From Bryobacteraceae bacterium (GTDB lineage Bacteria > Acidobacteriota > Terriglobia > Bryobacterales > Bryobacteraceae): DNA of 64,000 nt. The stretch is from NCBI GenBank assembly GCA_046289265.1, contig JBKBWD010000021.1:2626-66625 (forward strand), in the 5' to 3' direction. Below, one piece after another: positions 39,113-48,245 of this stretch. The translations under genes and the position numbers were made by a program. The notes beneath the pieces are model-generated. The model worked only from the letters and a program-made list of their open reading frames with translations, was not told the origin of the DNA and made no database searches. The number at the start of each line of letters is the position of its first letter. The stretch's first letter is position 1.

Positions 39113-40546
39113 ATGTCCGGACTGAATCGTCGTGCTTTCCTGTCAGCGGTAGCCGCAGGCGCTCCCTATCTCCTGTTGGGGCAGAAGACGGCGTCGGAGC
39201 GGGTGAACGTTCTGTTCATCGCCTCCGACGATCTGAACAATTGCCTCGGATGCTATGGGCATCCGCTGGTGCAGTCGCCGAATATCGACGACCTGGCGCG
39301 GCGCGGGGTCCGTTTCGATCGCGCCTATTGCCAGTATCCGATGTGCGGTCCGAGCCGCACGTCGATTCTGAGCGGGATGCGGCCGGATACGACGCGCATC
39401 TGGCAAAACGAGATCGCGGTGCGGGACAAGCTGCCGGATGTTGTGACGCTGCCGCAACTGTTCCGCCAGAACGGCTACCTGTCCGCACGCTATGGAAAGA
39501 TGTACCACATGGGCGTGCCTACGACAGTGGGCAAGAACCTGTATGATGACCCTCCGTCGTGGGACATCGCGGTGAGTCCTCCGGGCGCCGAGAACAAAAC
39601 CAAAGGCGAGGGGCGCAATATCACGCCGCATATCGGGGCAGGCGGCGCGATGCACTGGATCAGTTTCCAGGGCGACGGCAAAGACCAGGCCGACCAGGCC
39701 GCGGCGGAGTTGACGATCGAGACGATCGATAAGAACCGCGACCGCCCGTGGTTTTTGGGGCTGGGGTTCGTGCGGCCGCATGTGCCTCTGGTGGCGCCTT
39801 CGAGATTTTTTGACCTGTATCCGCTCGACAGAATCAAGCCGGTTGTGAATCCGGAAAACGACCGCGACGACATTCCCCTAGCCAGTGAGATCGCGATCAA
39901 CACCCGGGCTAACGACATGGGGATGAAGACCGATGCTGAGAAGAAAGAGGCGCTGCGCGGCTACTATGCGTCGATCTCGTACATGGATTCGCTGGTAGGA
40001 CGGGTAGTGGATCACCTCGAACGGCTGAAGCTGCGCGAGCGGACGGCGATCGTGTTCTGGAGCGATCACGGCTGGCACCTGGGCGAACACTTCCGCTGGC
40101 AGAAACGGAGCCTGTTCGAGGAGTCTGCGCGCGTGCCCCTGATCGTCTCGGCTCCGGGGCGTAAGGGCAACGGGAAGGCCTCGCGCGCTCTGGTCGAACT
40201 GGTGGACCTCTACCCGACGGTGGCGGACCTGTGCGGCGTGAAGGCGCCGGCCGATCTCGAAGGCCGAAGCTTCGCGCCCGTTCTCGATCAGCCGAACCGG
40301 CGATGGAAGAGCGCAGCGTTCACGCAGGTCTCGGCGCAGAACGGGATCGTCGGACGCGCTGTCTGCACGGATCGCTATCGCTATATCCGGTGGGAGGGGC
40401 CGCACCCGGACGAGGAGCTCTTCGACCACCAGGTGGACCCGCGGGAGTACACCAACTTGGCGCGCGACGCGTCGAAGGCGAACCTGCTGAAGGAGATGCG
40501 CGGCGTGCTCGACCGGGGCTGGCGGGCGGCACGCGCGAGAGTTTAG
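39113..40546 (+). CDS. Tat-exported sulfatase (iduronate-2-sulfatase-like, Cys-type)
   Basis: Twin-arginine signal (NRRAFLSAVAAG), VLFIASDDL, LGCYGH, formylglycine motif CGPSR, HVPL and SDHGWHLGEH. Confidence 0.85.
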   Translation: MSGLNRRAFLSAVAAGAPYLLLGQKTASERVNVLFIASDDLNNCLGCYGHPLVQSPNIDDLARRGVRFDRAYCQYPMCGPSRTSILSGMRPDTTRIWQNEIAVRDKLPDVVTLPQLFRQNGYLSARYGKMYHMGVPTTVGKNLYDDPPSWDIAVSPPGAENKTKGEGRNITPHIGAGGAMHWISFQGDGKDQADQAAAELTIETIDKNRDRPWFLGLGFVRPHVPLVAPSRFFDLYPLDRIKPVVNPENDRDDIPLASEIAINTRANDMGMKTDAEKKEALRGYYASISYMDSLVGRVVDHLERLKLRERTAIVFWSDHGWHLGEHFRWQKRSLFEESARVPLIVSAPGRKGNGKASRALVELVDLYPTVADLCGVKAPADLEGRSFAPVLDQPNRRWKSAAFTQVSAQNGIVGRAVCTDRYRYIRWEGPHPDEELFDHQVDPREYTNLARDASKANLLKEMRGVLDRGWRAARARV

Positions 40547-41112
40547 CGGCCGGCGCGCAGCGACTCGATCGCCTTTTCGGCCTGCCAGAGATGGCGCCTC
40601 TCGTGGACTGCGATGAGGACGAAGGCCGAGTAGAGGTTATAGCGCACTCGCTCCGCGAAAGGCGAGCGGATTTTCACGCGGTCGAGCGCCAGTCCGGCGG
40701 CATCATGCAGTTTCGTAAGCAGGGTCTTCTGGAGCGCGAGAAAGCGCGGCAGGGCCTGCTCGGGCGTGATCCCGGAGGGAACGAACGGGGCCGAGGTGCG
40801 GGTGCGAAGGCGTGCGGGCGGCTCCAGCATGAAGCGCAGGAGCCGGGCGGTCCATTCCATCCGGAAGGGTCCCGAGCCGGTCAGTCCCTGATTTCGCACG
40901 TCCGCGAGAGCTTCGTCCAGGCGAGGGAGATAGGCCTCGGTTGTCAGGCTGAGGTGGTCGAGGCACTCGGCTACGGACCAACTCCCCGGCTGCGGGCGAA
41001 TCGAGAGTTTGTCGGGGCTTAACGGCCCGGCAAGGCGCCCGGCGCGGACCGAGCATTCTTCCAATTCGGCGGCGACCTGCACGAGTTGGGGCGAAGGTTG
41101 AAGTCCGGTCAA
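40543..41112 (-). CDS. DinB-family (DinB_2-like) four-helix-bundle protein
   Basis: WSVAECLDHL ... HERRHLWQAEK His-triad pattern; 189 aa. Confidence 0.7.
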   Translation of the reverse strand: MTGLQPSPQLVQVAAELEECSVRAGRLAGPLSPDKLSIRPQPGSWSVAECLDHLSLTTEAYLPRLDEALADVRNQGLTGSGPFRMEWTARLLRFMLEPPARLRTRTSAPFVPSGITPEQALPRFLALQKTLLTKLHDAAGLALDRVKIRSPFAERVRYNLYSAFVLIAVHERRHLWQAEKAIESLRAGR

Positions 41113-42029
41113 ACCTTTACCTTCAAGGTTTTTTCGATGTACTCACGGCTCATTCTCGCCGATTCCTTGGGCGGCCGGAAGGGCGAGGAGTCGAACTCGA
41201 CGGTGAGCCAGCCGCGCCAATTGATTTTGTCAAGATGCGCCTTGATGGCGGGAAAGTCGACGCCGCCTTTGCCGAGGGGGAAGAAGGGCGGGTCCTTCAT
41301 CATGTCGGGGCGCTCGATCCTGGTTCGGGCGCCGCCGCGGTGCTCGGGGGCGGTGTCCTTCATGTGGAACTCGACGATACGGTGTCCGAGTGTGCGAGTG
41401 AGTTCGACCGGATCGATGCCGGCCATGGTGATGTGGCCGGTGTCGAGGACGAACCAGACGTGCTTGGGATCGGTGTTGCCGAGGACGTAATCGACCTCGC
41501 GGCGGTTCTCGAACTGGCTCCACATGTGCGCGTGGATGGCCAGCTTGACGCCGAGGTCGGAGATGCGGCGGCCGAGTTCGTTGACCGAAGCCGCGATGTG
41601 GCGGAGGTCCTCATCGGTTGTGCCCTGCAGGCGGCGCGGCCCGAGGTTGATCTTCAGGTGCGTACAGCCGAAGTGCTTGATAAAGCGGACCAGGCGCAAG
41701 TGGTCCTGGTAGAGCTTTTCGTGTTTGGAGGGGTCCTCGAAGTGCATCTCCATGGGGCCTCCATTGGAGATGGTGACAAACTGCACGCCGATCTCATCGA
41801 GGCGTTTCTGGAGCGCGGGAGGATTGTCGTAGTAGTCCAGAAAGTAATGGATGAAGGTTTCGACATAGCGATAGCCGACCTCCCGAGCCTCGCGGAAGGC
41901 AAGGAACGTGTCCTTTTCCCAGCCGCCGCGGGTGTTGGTGGTGATGCCGACTTTGTAGCGTGAAGAATCCGCGAAAGCCTCACATGCGAAGGCCGCCGAT
42001 GCGATCAGTTCTCGTCGCGTGAATTTCAT
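41109..42029 (-). CDS. sugar phosphate isomerase/epimerase (xylose isomerase-like TIM barrel), exported
   Basis: N-terminal Tat-like signal (MKFTRRELIASAAFA). LAIHAHMW, VLDTGH and EFHMKD are typical of the AP endonuclease 2 / xylose-isomerase-like TIM barrel family. Confidence 0.75.
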   Translation of the reverse strand: MKFTRRELIASAAFACEAFADSSRYKVGITTNTRGGWEKDTFLAFREAREVGYRYVETFIHYFLDYYDNPPALQKRLDEIGVQFVTISNGGPMEMHFEDPSKHEKLYQDHLRLVRFIKHFGCTHLKINLGPRRLQGTTDEDLRHIAASVNELGRRISDLGVKLAIHAHMWSQFENRREVDYVLGNTDPKHVWFVLDTGHITMAGIDPVELTRTLGHRIVEFHMKDTAPEHRGGARTRIERPDMMKDPPFFPLGKGGVDFPAIKAHLDKINWRGWLTVEFDSSPFRPPKESARMSREYIEKTLKVKV

Positions 42030-42090
42030 GGCCGCAAACCGCCTTACCTTTGCGATGTCTTGCTGGCCGTATTGTATCCGAATGCAAGCG

Positions 42091-42124
42091 GCGGGGCCGC
42101 TCCCGGGGTTCCGGGAGTCCCCGC
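42091..42124 (-). terminator. GC-rich nested stem-loop downstream of the receptor pseudogene (no U-tract)
   Basis: The inverted repeats GCGGGG...CCCCGC enclose CTCCCGG-GGTT-CCGGGAG, lying 14 nt beyond the stop at 42138..42140 on the minus strand. Confidence 0.35.
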
Positions 42125-42137
42125 CTCTTCGGTGGGG

Positions 42138-43319
42138 TTAGAAGAAGAGGCGGAGCCGCAGTTCGACCTGGCGGGGGTCGAAGGTGCTCATCCCGAAGGT
42201 CCCGAAGTTATCGTTCTGGACCATGCCGGGACGAATGCCGCGCGACGCCTGGGCCGCCGTCACGTTGGTAAACGTGGCGGCGCGTTCGGGTTGGCGCCGA
42301 TGAGGGGAATTAACGTGGCGGACTGATTGTAGGGCACAAGCAGCCTTCCCTGTGGGTTCTGCCCGTACTGGAGCGCAACGGGGTTCGAGGTGCGCGGGAA
42401 GAAGTTCTGGGCACCGAAGTAGTACAGCCGCCGAAGTACCCGGTGTTGGACGGAAGATAAGTAACGCCGAAGCCGGAGCGGACCACCCACTCGTCAGTGA
42501 CGCGGTAAGCTGGACCGACGCGCGGTCCGAAGTCCCCTCTCGGGGTGCGGTAGAGTTTACCGCCGGGGCCGGGGAACATCAAACGGCCGCGGCCGCCGAA
42601 GGGGTTCTCCTCACGGAAGCTGAAGGAGGAGACCCGCCCGTAGCGCTCCTGCGGACCGGGCTGTACGCGTAGCGCAATCCCAGATTGGCGGTGAGGCGGT
42701 TGGTGGCGCGCCAGTCACTCTGCATGTACAGGGCGTGATACTTGGCCGAGAGCGCCAGTAGCACGGCGTTCTCGCCTGCCTGCAGGTTGGCGGCGCCGAG
42801 CAGGTAGGAAGCCAGACCGCTGCCGGACTGATCGTTGGTGACCTGATTGATGACCTGGCCGAGCGGGCCGATCAGGTTGCCGGTGGTGTAGCTCTGGTTG
42901 CCGCGAATCCAGAAGGCCCCACGCGCGTCGCTGTAGTTTGAAAGGTAATTGCGGAACTCGCCGCCCCACTTGTGGTTCCAGCGGCCGGTAATCTTGGTGA
43001 CGGATCCGACAATGTTCCATTTCGTCTGACGCTCAATCTTGGCAAGGTAGGAGGTCTGGTTGAGCGGGCTCACCCGGCGCCAGCCGCCGCCGAAGTTAGT
43101 GATTTCGGAGTCGGCTCCTGGGAGGCCGGCGGCCACCAGAAAGTCGTTCGGGATGCCGAAGGCGCTGTAATTCATGTCGCCGAAGGTGGCCGAGCGGTTC
43201 TGGGCCGCCACGCGCGTCAGGCCGACGCGGATGTCGGCGACCGTGCTCGGAGTGCCGCGAGCTGGCGCCAGGAGGATGCCTGGAATCGTTTCGACGACGA
43301 ATCGCAACCCGTCCGGCAC
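42138..43319 (-). pseudogene. TonB-dependent receptor-like outer-membrane barrel, 5'-truncated and carrying at least three frameshifts
   Basis: Barrel-type sequence is spread over three frames. The pieces are ...NLGLRYAYSP | GPQERYGRVSSFSFREENPF...GDFGPRVGPAYRVTDEWVVRSGFGVTYLPSNTGYFGG | LYYFGAQNFFPRTSNPVALQYGQN...IPLIGANP | ERAATFTNVTAAQ...STFDPRQVELRLRLFF*. Frame changes are near 42655, 42430 and 42290. The plug and N-terminal ~600+ aa are absent. Confidence 0.6.
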
Positions 43320-43329
43320 CTGGGCCGAC

Positions 43330-44112
43330 AGGTTGCACGCGGCCGAATTCGCCGTCGAGCGCGAGCACCGAGACCGCGGCTTTCAGGAAGCTGAGGCCGC
43401 CCTCCGGCTAAATCCTTCGACCGTCGAAGCCTACGCCGCGCGCGTCCAGGCCGCCCACTTCTCGATGGAGACTGGGCTGCGGGGGCCGAGGCCTGCGGGG
43501 CCGGCGCGCGCTATGGCGGTAACCCCGCTGCCTTCCGCCGCCACTGCGGACTGCTGTGGCCGCTATTCGGCGATAGCGCACGCGCTGTCGAAGAGCTGTG
43601 CCAAGCCGTGCTACTGGAGCCGCTGTCGGCTCTTTTCTCTGGGCCTACTCGTTCGTTCTCTTCCGCGCCGGGCGATTCGAAGAGGCCGCGCGCCAGGCGG
43701 CCGCCTCGCTGGAGTTAAGCCCCGGAGAACTGCGAGCCTACCTCGTGCAGGCTCTCGCGCTGGCCTTCCACGGCTCGGATGCCGAAGCTGTCGCGGCGCT
43801 CAAGGGAGCCGAACGCTTCGCGGAACAGGATCCGGCCGAATTTCATACGGTATCGGCCATCGTTCATGCCCGGGCCGGCCGCGCCGTGGAAGTGCGGCGC
43901 ATAATGAAGGAGCGCGATTTGCCACCCTATCTCCAGGCGCGCGTCTACCTTGCAATGGGTGAGCCGGATCAGGGTTTCGCGACTGCTGGAGCAGGCCACC
44001 GAACGCGGGCTGCCTGGGGACCGTGTATTTCATGGCCGATCCCGGTGTGGCGCCCTATGTTGCGACGCCGCGCTGTCGGGAACTGCAACGTCGTCACCGG
44101 CTGCCGGGCTAA
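43330..44112 (+). pseudogene. C-terminal TPR-domain fragment of a larger regulatory protein, multiply frameshifted
   Basis: TPR-like pieces sit in different frames (FQEAEAALRLNPSTVEAYAAR...; WAYSFVLFRAGRFEEAARQAAASLELSP...; YLQARVYLAMGEPDQGF; LLEQATERGLPGDRV; YFMADPGVAPYVATPRCRELQRRHRLPG*). There is no N-terminal domain or start codon. Confidence 0.45.
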
Positions 44113-45488
44113 GTGGCGACTGCGCGCGCAATGCGCTCGGCCGCTTCTTTGCCGGAGCGGATGCAGTCCGGGATGCCGATGCCGTCGTAGGCGTTGCCGG
44201 CCAGGTGGAGTCCGGGCAGCCGGCCCAGGCGCTCCCGCACGCGTTCCATGCGGGCCTGATGGCCGACGGTGTATTGGGCCATCGAACGGGGCCAGCGCGC
44301 AATGCGCGTAAACAGCGGCTCGGCTTGCACGCCCATGATCTGGGCGAGCTCGGCGCGCACCGTCCGGATCACCGACTCATCCGGCCAGTTGAGCACCTCT
44401 TCATCGCTGCTGCCCCCCAGGAAGCACCGTAGCAGCGCCCGGTTATCCGGAACACGGTGCGAAAACTTCGTCCCGACCCAGGTGCAGGCCACGATGCACC
44501 CGCGCTCCTTCCGGGGAACCAGGAACCCGAAGCCGTTCTGCGGGTGATTCAGCGCGGCTTTGTCATAGACCAGCGCCACCGTCATCGAAGAGCTGTACTC
44601 GATGCCGGCGAGCAGGTGTGATAGTTCCGGGTCGGTCCCGACCGTGAGATGGGAGGTTCGCCAGGCGGGACAGGCGAGGACGACGTGCGCGGCCTCGATC
44701 CACCGGCCGCCGGCACGAGCCCGGAATCCGGATGAAGACGGCTCGACGGTCTCGACGCTTCCGTGGACTACGGTCGTCGCGGGCCGGATGGCAAGTTCGA
44801 GGGCCGCGATTATGTCGCCGAGCCCGTTCTTCAGCGTTCGGAAGAGACTTCCCGAGCCAGAGGAGGTCATTGCCCGGCGGGCGGCGAGGGCGCCACGGGT
44901 GAGGCTGCCGTAGCGGCTTTCGAATTCGGAGAAGCGGGGAAGTACGCTGCTTACGCTGAGGCGCTCGGGGTCACCTCCGTAAACGCCGGCAAGGAGGGGC
45001 TCGGTGAGATAGTCGACCGCCTCCTGCCCGTAGTGGTCCCGGATGAAATCGGCGACCGAGCGATCGGTGGGCGAGGCGGCGCTGGGTTTGCGGAAGTACT
45101 CGGCCGCCATCCGGAGCTTGGTCGTCCAGCTCAGCAGCGGAGTGAACGCCATTGGGGCCAGGCGCGTGGGCGCCATGAACATGAGACCGTCGGGAAGCGG
45201 GATGAGCCGGCCGCGCTTGCGGATGTAGGTCCGGCGCAGGTGATCGTTCGAGCCGATCACCTCGTCTTCCAAGCCCAGTTCGCGGATCAGGTGGAGGGCG
45301 GCGGGTTTTGCCGAAAGGAAACTGTCCGGACCGGCTTCGATGACGCAGCCGTCGGCGATCTCGGTTCGGATGACGCCGCCGAGCCGGGGTTGGCTCTCCA
45401 CCAGTGTGGCTGGAACGCCCGCTCGATTCAGGTAGTAGGCGGCGGAGAGTCCGGAGATCCCGCCGCCCACGATCAGTACGGACTGCAT
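44109..45488 (-). CDS. hemY: protoporphyrinogen / coproporphyrinogen III oxidase (HemY/CgoX family, FAD-dependent)
   Basis: N-terminal dinucleotide fold VLIVGGGISGLSAAYYL. Length 459 aa, with a C-terminal GNAYDGIGIPDCI motif. Confidence 0.85.
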   Translation of the reverse strand: MQSVLIVGGGISGLSAAYYLNRAGVPATLVESQPRLGGVIRTEIADGCVIEAGPDSFLSAKPAALHLIRELGLEDEVIGSNDHLRRTYIRKRGRLIPLPDGLMFMAPTRLAPMAFTPLLSWTTKLRMAAEYFRKPSAASPTDRSVADFIRDHYGQEAVDYLTEPLLAGVYGGDPERLSVSSVLPRFSEFESRYGSLTRGALAARRAMTSSGSGSLFRTLKNGLGDIIAALELAIRPATTVVHGSVETVEPSSSGFRARAGGRWIEAAHVVLACPAWRTSHLTVGTDPELSHLLAGIEYSSSMTVALVYDKAALNHPQNGFGFLVPRKERGCIVACTWVGTKFSHRVPDNRALLRCFLGGSSDEEVLNWPDESVIRTVRAELAQIMGVQAEPLFTRIARWPRSMAQYTVGHQARMERVRERLGRLPGLHLAGNAYDGIGIPDCIRSGKEAAERIARAVAT

Positions 45489-45513
45489 CGGGGCGATACC
45501 GCCAAGCGCCCTC

Positions 45514-46536
45514 CTACGGCTTGAATTCCCGGACCATCTGGACGACGGCCTTCACGTGGTCGACCGGCGTCTCCGGCAGGATGCCGTGGCCAAGGTTGAA
45601 GATGTGGCCGGGCCGCGTGCCGGTGCGCTTCAGCAATTCGTGTACGCGCTGTTTGAGCTCGGGCAGGGGCGCAAAGAGCACGGCCGGGTCGAGATTGCCC
45701 TGGACGGCGGAACGGTAGCTGATGTCCATCCAGGCCTGGTCGATATTGATCCGCCAATCGACGCCCATCACGTCGCCGCCGGCAGCATGGAGTTCGCGGA
45801 AGAAGCCCGCCGCGCCGGTCCCGAAGTGGATGACCGGGACGCCTGTGGAGCGGATGCGCTCGATCAGGGCGCGCGAGTACGGCGCAACGTAGCGAACGTA
45901 GTCGTCCGGCCCGAGCGCGCCCACCCAGCTATCAAAGACCTGGATGGCGCGGGCGCCGGAGGCCACCTGCAAAATGGCGAACGGCCCCAGCACGTCGACG
46001 AGCTTGCCCATCAGGCGGCGCCACAGGGTCTCGTCGCGGTACATCATCTGCTTGGTCCGCAGGAAGGTGCGCGAGGAGCCGCCTTCGATCATGTAGCTGG
46101 CGAGCGTAAATGGCGCGCCGACAAAGCCGATCACCGGCACCTTGCCGGCCAGCGCCCGCACGGTGTGCTGGATCGACTCGCCCACGTAGCCGAGTTCGTC
46201 GGTGTTGGAAATCGACAGCGTATCGACGTCGTTGGTAGTCCGGACGGGATTGTCGATGTGCGGACCCTCGCCGGCGACGAACTTCAGCCGCAGTCCCATC
46301 GGCTCGACCGGCAGGAGCAGGTCGGCAAAAATGATCGCGGCATCCACGTCAAGAATTTCGACGGGTTGGAGCGTCACTGCGGTGGCGAGGTCGGGACGTT
46401 TGCAGATCTCAAGAATCGAGTGCCGGGCTCGAATTTCGCGATAGGGCTTGAGGTAGCGGCCGGCCTGGCGCATGAACCAGACGGGACGAACGTCCGTCGG
46501 CCTGCGCCGGCAGGCATCGAGAAAGCGACTGTTCAT
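45514..46536 (-). CDS. hemE: uroporphyrinogen decarboxylase
   Basis: PVWFMRQAGRYL signature near the N-terminus. Start placed at the MNSRFLDAC ATG (46536..46534), overlapping the apbE stop as ATGA. Confidence 0.9.
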   Translation of the reverse strand: MNSRFLDACRRRPTDVRPVWFMRQAGRYLKPYREIRARHSILEICKRPDLATAVTLQPVEILDVDAAIIFADLLLPVEPMGLRLKFVAGEGPHIDNPVRTTNDVDTLSISNTDELGYVGESIQHTVRALAGKVPVIGFVGAPFTLASYMIEGGSSRTFLRTKQMMYRDETLWRRLMGKLVDVLGPFAILQVASGARAIQVFDSWVGALGPDDYVRYVAPYSRALIERIRSTGVPVIHFGTGAAGFFRELHAAGGDVMGVDWRINIDQAWMDISYRSAVQGNLDPAVLFAPLPELKQRVHELLKRTGTRPGHIFNLGHGILPETPVDHVKAVVQMVREFKP

Positions 46537-47498
46537 TGGAGCAACGCGCATGCCGGTTCCGATCTGTCTTCGCACAGAAACACGCGAAAGCCTTTGGGTT
46601 TATTCTGGGCCGTCCATTCCCGGCCCAGGATGAAGAACGGCTTGGTCCAGGCCTCACTGTCGATGGTCTTCGGCGCGACGACCGAAACCGAAACGACGCC
46701 ATCGGCCGGGTAGCCGGTCCGCGGATCCATGATGTGGCTGTACATCTTCCCCCGGGCGAAGAAAAACTTTTCGTAGTTGCCCGACGTGGAGATCGACTCG
46801 TTCTTCAAGTAAAAATCCTGAACTGTTTTCCGTTCATCCTTCGGATGCCGGATGCTGATCCGCCAGCCCTTTTCCTCCGGCGGCGAACCCAGGGCATAGA
46901 TACTGCTGCTTCCGGCCGAAATCAGGGCCGACTCAACCCCGTTCGAGCGGAGAACCTCCACCATGCGGTCCACGGCGTAGCCTTTTCCAATCCCGCCGGG
47001 ATCCATTTCGACTCCCGCTTTCCGGAACGCGACCGTCCTGGCAACCGGATCGAGCACGATATTCCGATACCCGACTCTGGCCAGCGCGCCGCGAATCTCG
47101 GCCCGATGCGGGAACCTCCCGCTGCCTTTATAAAAGCCCCAAACCTTCATCAGCGGCCCGACCGTGATATCGAACGTGCCGCCGCTCGCCCGGCTGTACT
47201 CGATACAGTCCGACAACAGCCGGTACAACTCCTCGCTCACCTGAACCGGCCGCTCGGCGGCGTACCGGTTGACCTGGCTCCACTCACTCCCGGGCCGGTA
47301 ATTCGAGAGAAGATGGTCGAGCCGGCGGACCTCTTCGAAGGCCTCGTCGACCGCGGCCAACAGGCGGAATTTGTTCTCTCCGTAGGCCACGACTGTATAG
47401 GTAGAGCCCATTGAGTCCAGGCTTCGTTCCACCCGGACCGGCTCGGCCGCCAGAAGCATCGCGGGAGCTACCAACAAAAGTAGCACAAAATGTTTCAT
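46533..47498 (-). CDS. apbE: FAD:protein FMN transferase (ApbE family), exported
   Basis: Signal peptide. SEWSQVN, GGTFDITVGPL and GGIGKGYAVD are ApbE motifs. Confidence 0.85.
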   Translation of the reverse strand: MKHFVLLLLVAPAMLLAAEPVRVERSLDSMGSTYTVVAYGENKFRLLAAVDEAFEEVRRLDHLLSNYRPGSEWSQVNRYAAERPVQVSEELYRLLSDCIEYSRASGGTFDITVGPLMKVWGFYKGSGRFPHRAEIRGALARVGYRNIVLDPVARTVAFRKAGVEMDPGGIGKGYAVDRMVEVLRSNGVESALISAGSSSIYALGSPPEEKGWRISIRHPKDERKTVQDFYLKNESISTSGNYEKFFFARGKMYSHIMDPRTGYPADGVVSVSVVAPKTIDSEAWTKPFFILGREWTAQNKPKGFRVFLCEDRSEPACALLQ

Positions 47499-47894
47499 TT
47501 AGGGCGAATTTTCCGTCGGATCTTCGTTGGAAGTTTCATCCGGCCTGGGGCGGCCCCGCCGGATGCGCCGGAACAGGCTCTCAATCTTGGGGGCGGCTCC
47601 GAGGATTGCGGCCGGCTCGAAGTGCAGTTCCGGGGTTCGGAAGAGCTGGAGACGGCCGGCAAGCTGGCGTCGAAGGAAGTGCCGGGCGCCGGAGAGGGCT
47701 GCCAGAACCTCTCCCTGATCTTGTGGCGTTCCGCTTACAGTAATGAGGACGCGGGCGCTCCGAAGGTCGGGAGAAAGGTGCACTTTGGTGATCTCGGCTG
47801 CCTTGACCCTGGGGTCGGCCATCTCGTAGCCGATGATCTCGGTCAGCTCCTCGCGCATTGTTTCGGAGACTCGCTGAATTCTGCGTGCGTCCAT
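47499..47894 (-). CDS. rbfA: ribosome-binding factor A
   Basis: RRIQRVSETMREELTEII...DPRV...ITKVHLSPDLRSARV is the RbfA KH-like signature. Position downstream of infB. Confidence 0.9.
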   Translation of the reverse strand: MDARRIQRVSETMREELTEIIGYEMADPRVKAAEITKVHLSPDLRSARVLITVSGTPQDQGEVLAALSGARHFLRRQLAGRLQLFRTPELHFEPAAILGAAPKIESLFRRIRRGRPRPDETSNEDPTENSP

Positions 47895-47916
47895 GGGTGA
47901 TCCGAGTGCCGGCGGC

Positions 47917-48204
47917 TCACTCCAGCCATTCGAGCGTGGCGTTGACCAAGTCGGGCCCGAGGATGGATGCAGCGTCCCGTTCGACCGACTGTAGCACCTT
48001 CTCGGCGTGGGTGTGTGCGTTGGAGACCGTGACGGCGGCGATCAGAGCCCGCTGCCAGAGGTCCTGGTAGTCGATTTCAGCGACCGCGACGTTGTGCCTC
48101 TGGCGGAGGCGCTCCTTGAGGCTCTTGACAACGTGCCGCTTGTCTTTCAGGGAGTGCGAATAGGGAAGACGCATCTCCAGGGTCAATACGCCGATGCTCG
48201 CCAT
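47917..48204 (-). CDS. DUF503 (YlxP-like) protein
   Basis: 95 aa. L.LRLP.SHSLKDKR.VVKSLKERLR..HNVAVAE pattern. Conserved position between infB and rbfA. Confidence 0.8.
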   Translation of the reverse strand: MASIGVLTLEMRLPYSHSLKDKRHVVKSLKERLRQRHNVAVAEIDYQDLWQRALIAAVTVSNAHTHAEKVLQSVERDAASILGPDLVNATLEWLE

Positions 48205-48212
48205 AGAGTCAG

Positions 48213-48234
48213 GGGCGGGCTCGAAGGCCCGCCC
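48213..48234 (-). other. intercistronic 8-bp GC stem-loop between infB and the DUF503 gene
   Basis: GGGCGGGC-(6 nt)-GCCCGCCC perfect inverted repeat in the 41-nt infB/DUF503 spacer, with no U-tract. Confidence 0.4.
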
Positions 48235-48245
48235 GAATCAGGGTG

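Noticed and set aside
43174-44311. 262-aa and 237-aa plus-strand ORFs taken at face value as genes.
   Set aside because: Their translations mix antisense receptor sequence, TPR-like stretches and Arg/Gly-rich nonsense. The recognisable TPR signal hops between all three frames, so they are reported as one decayed fragment instead.
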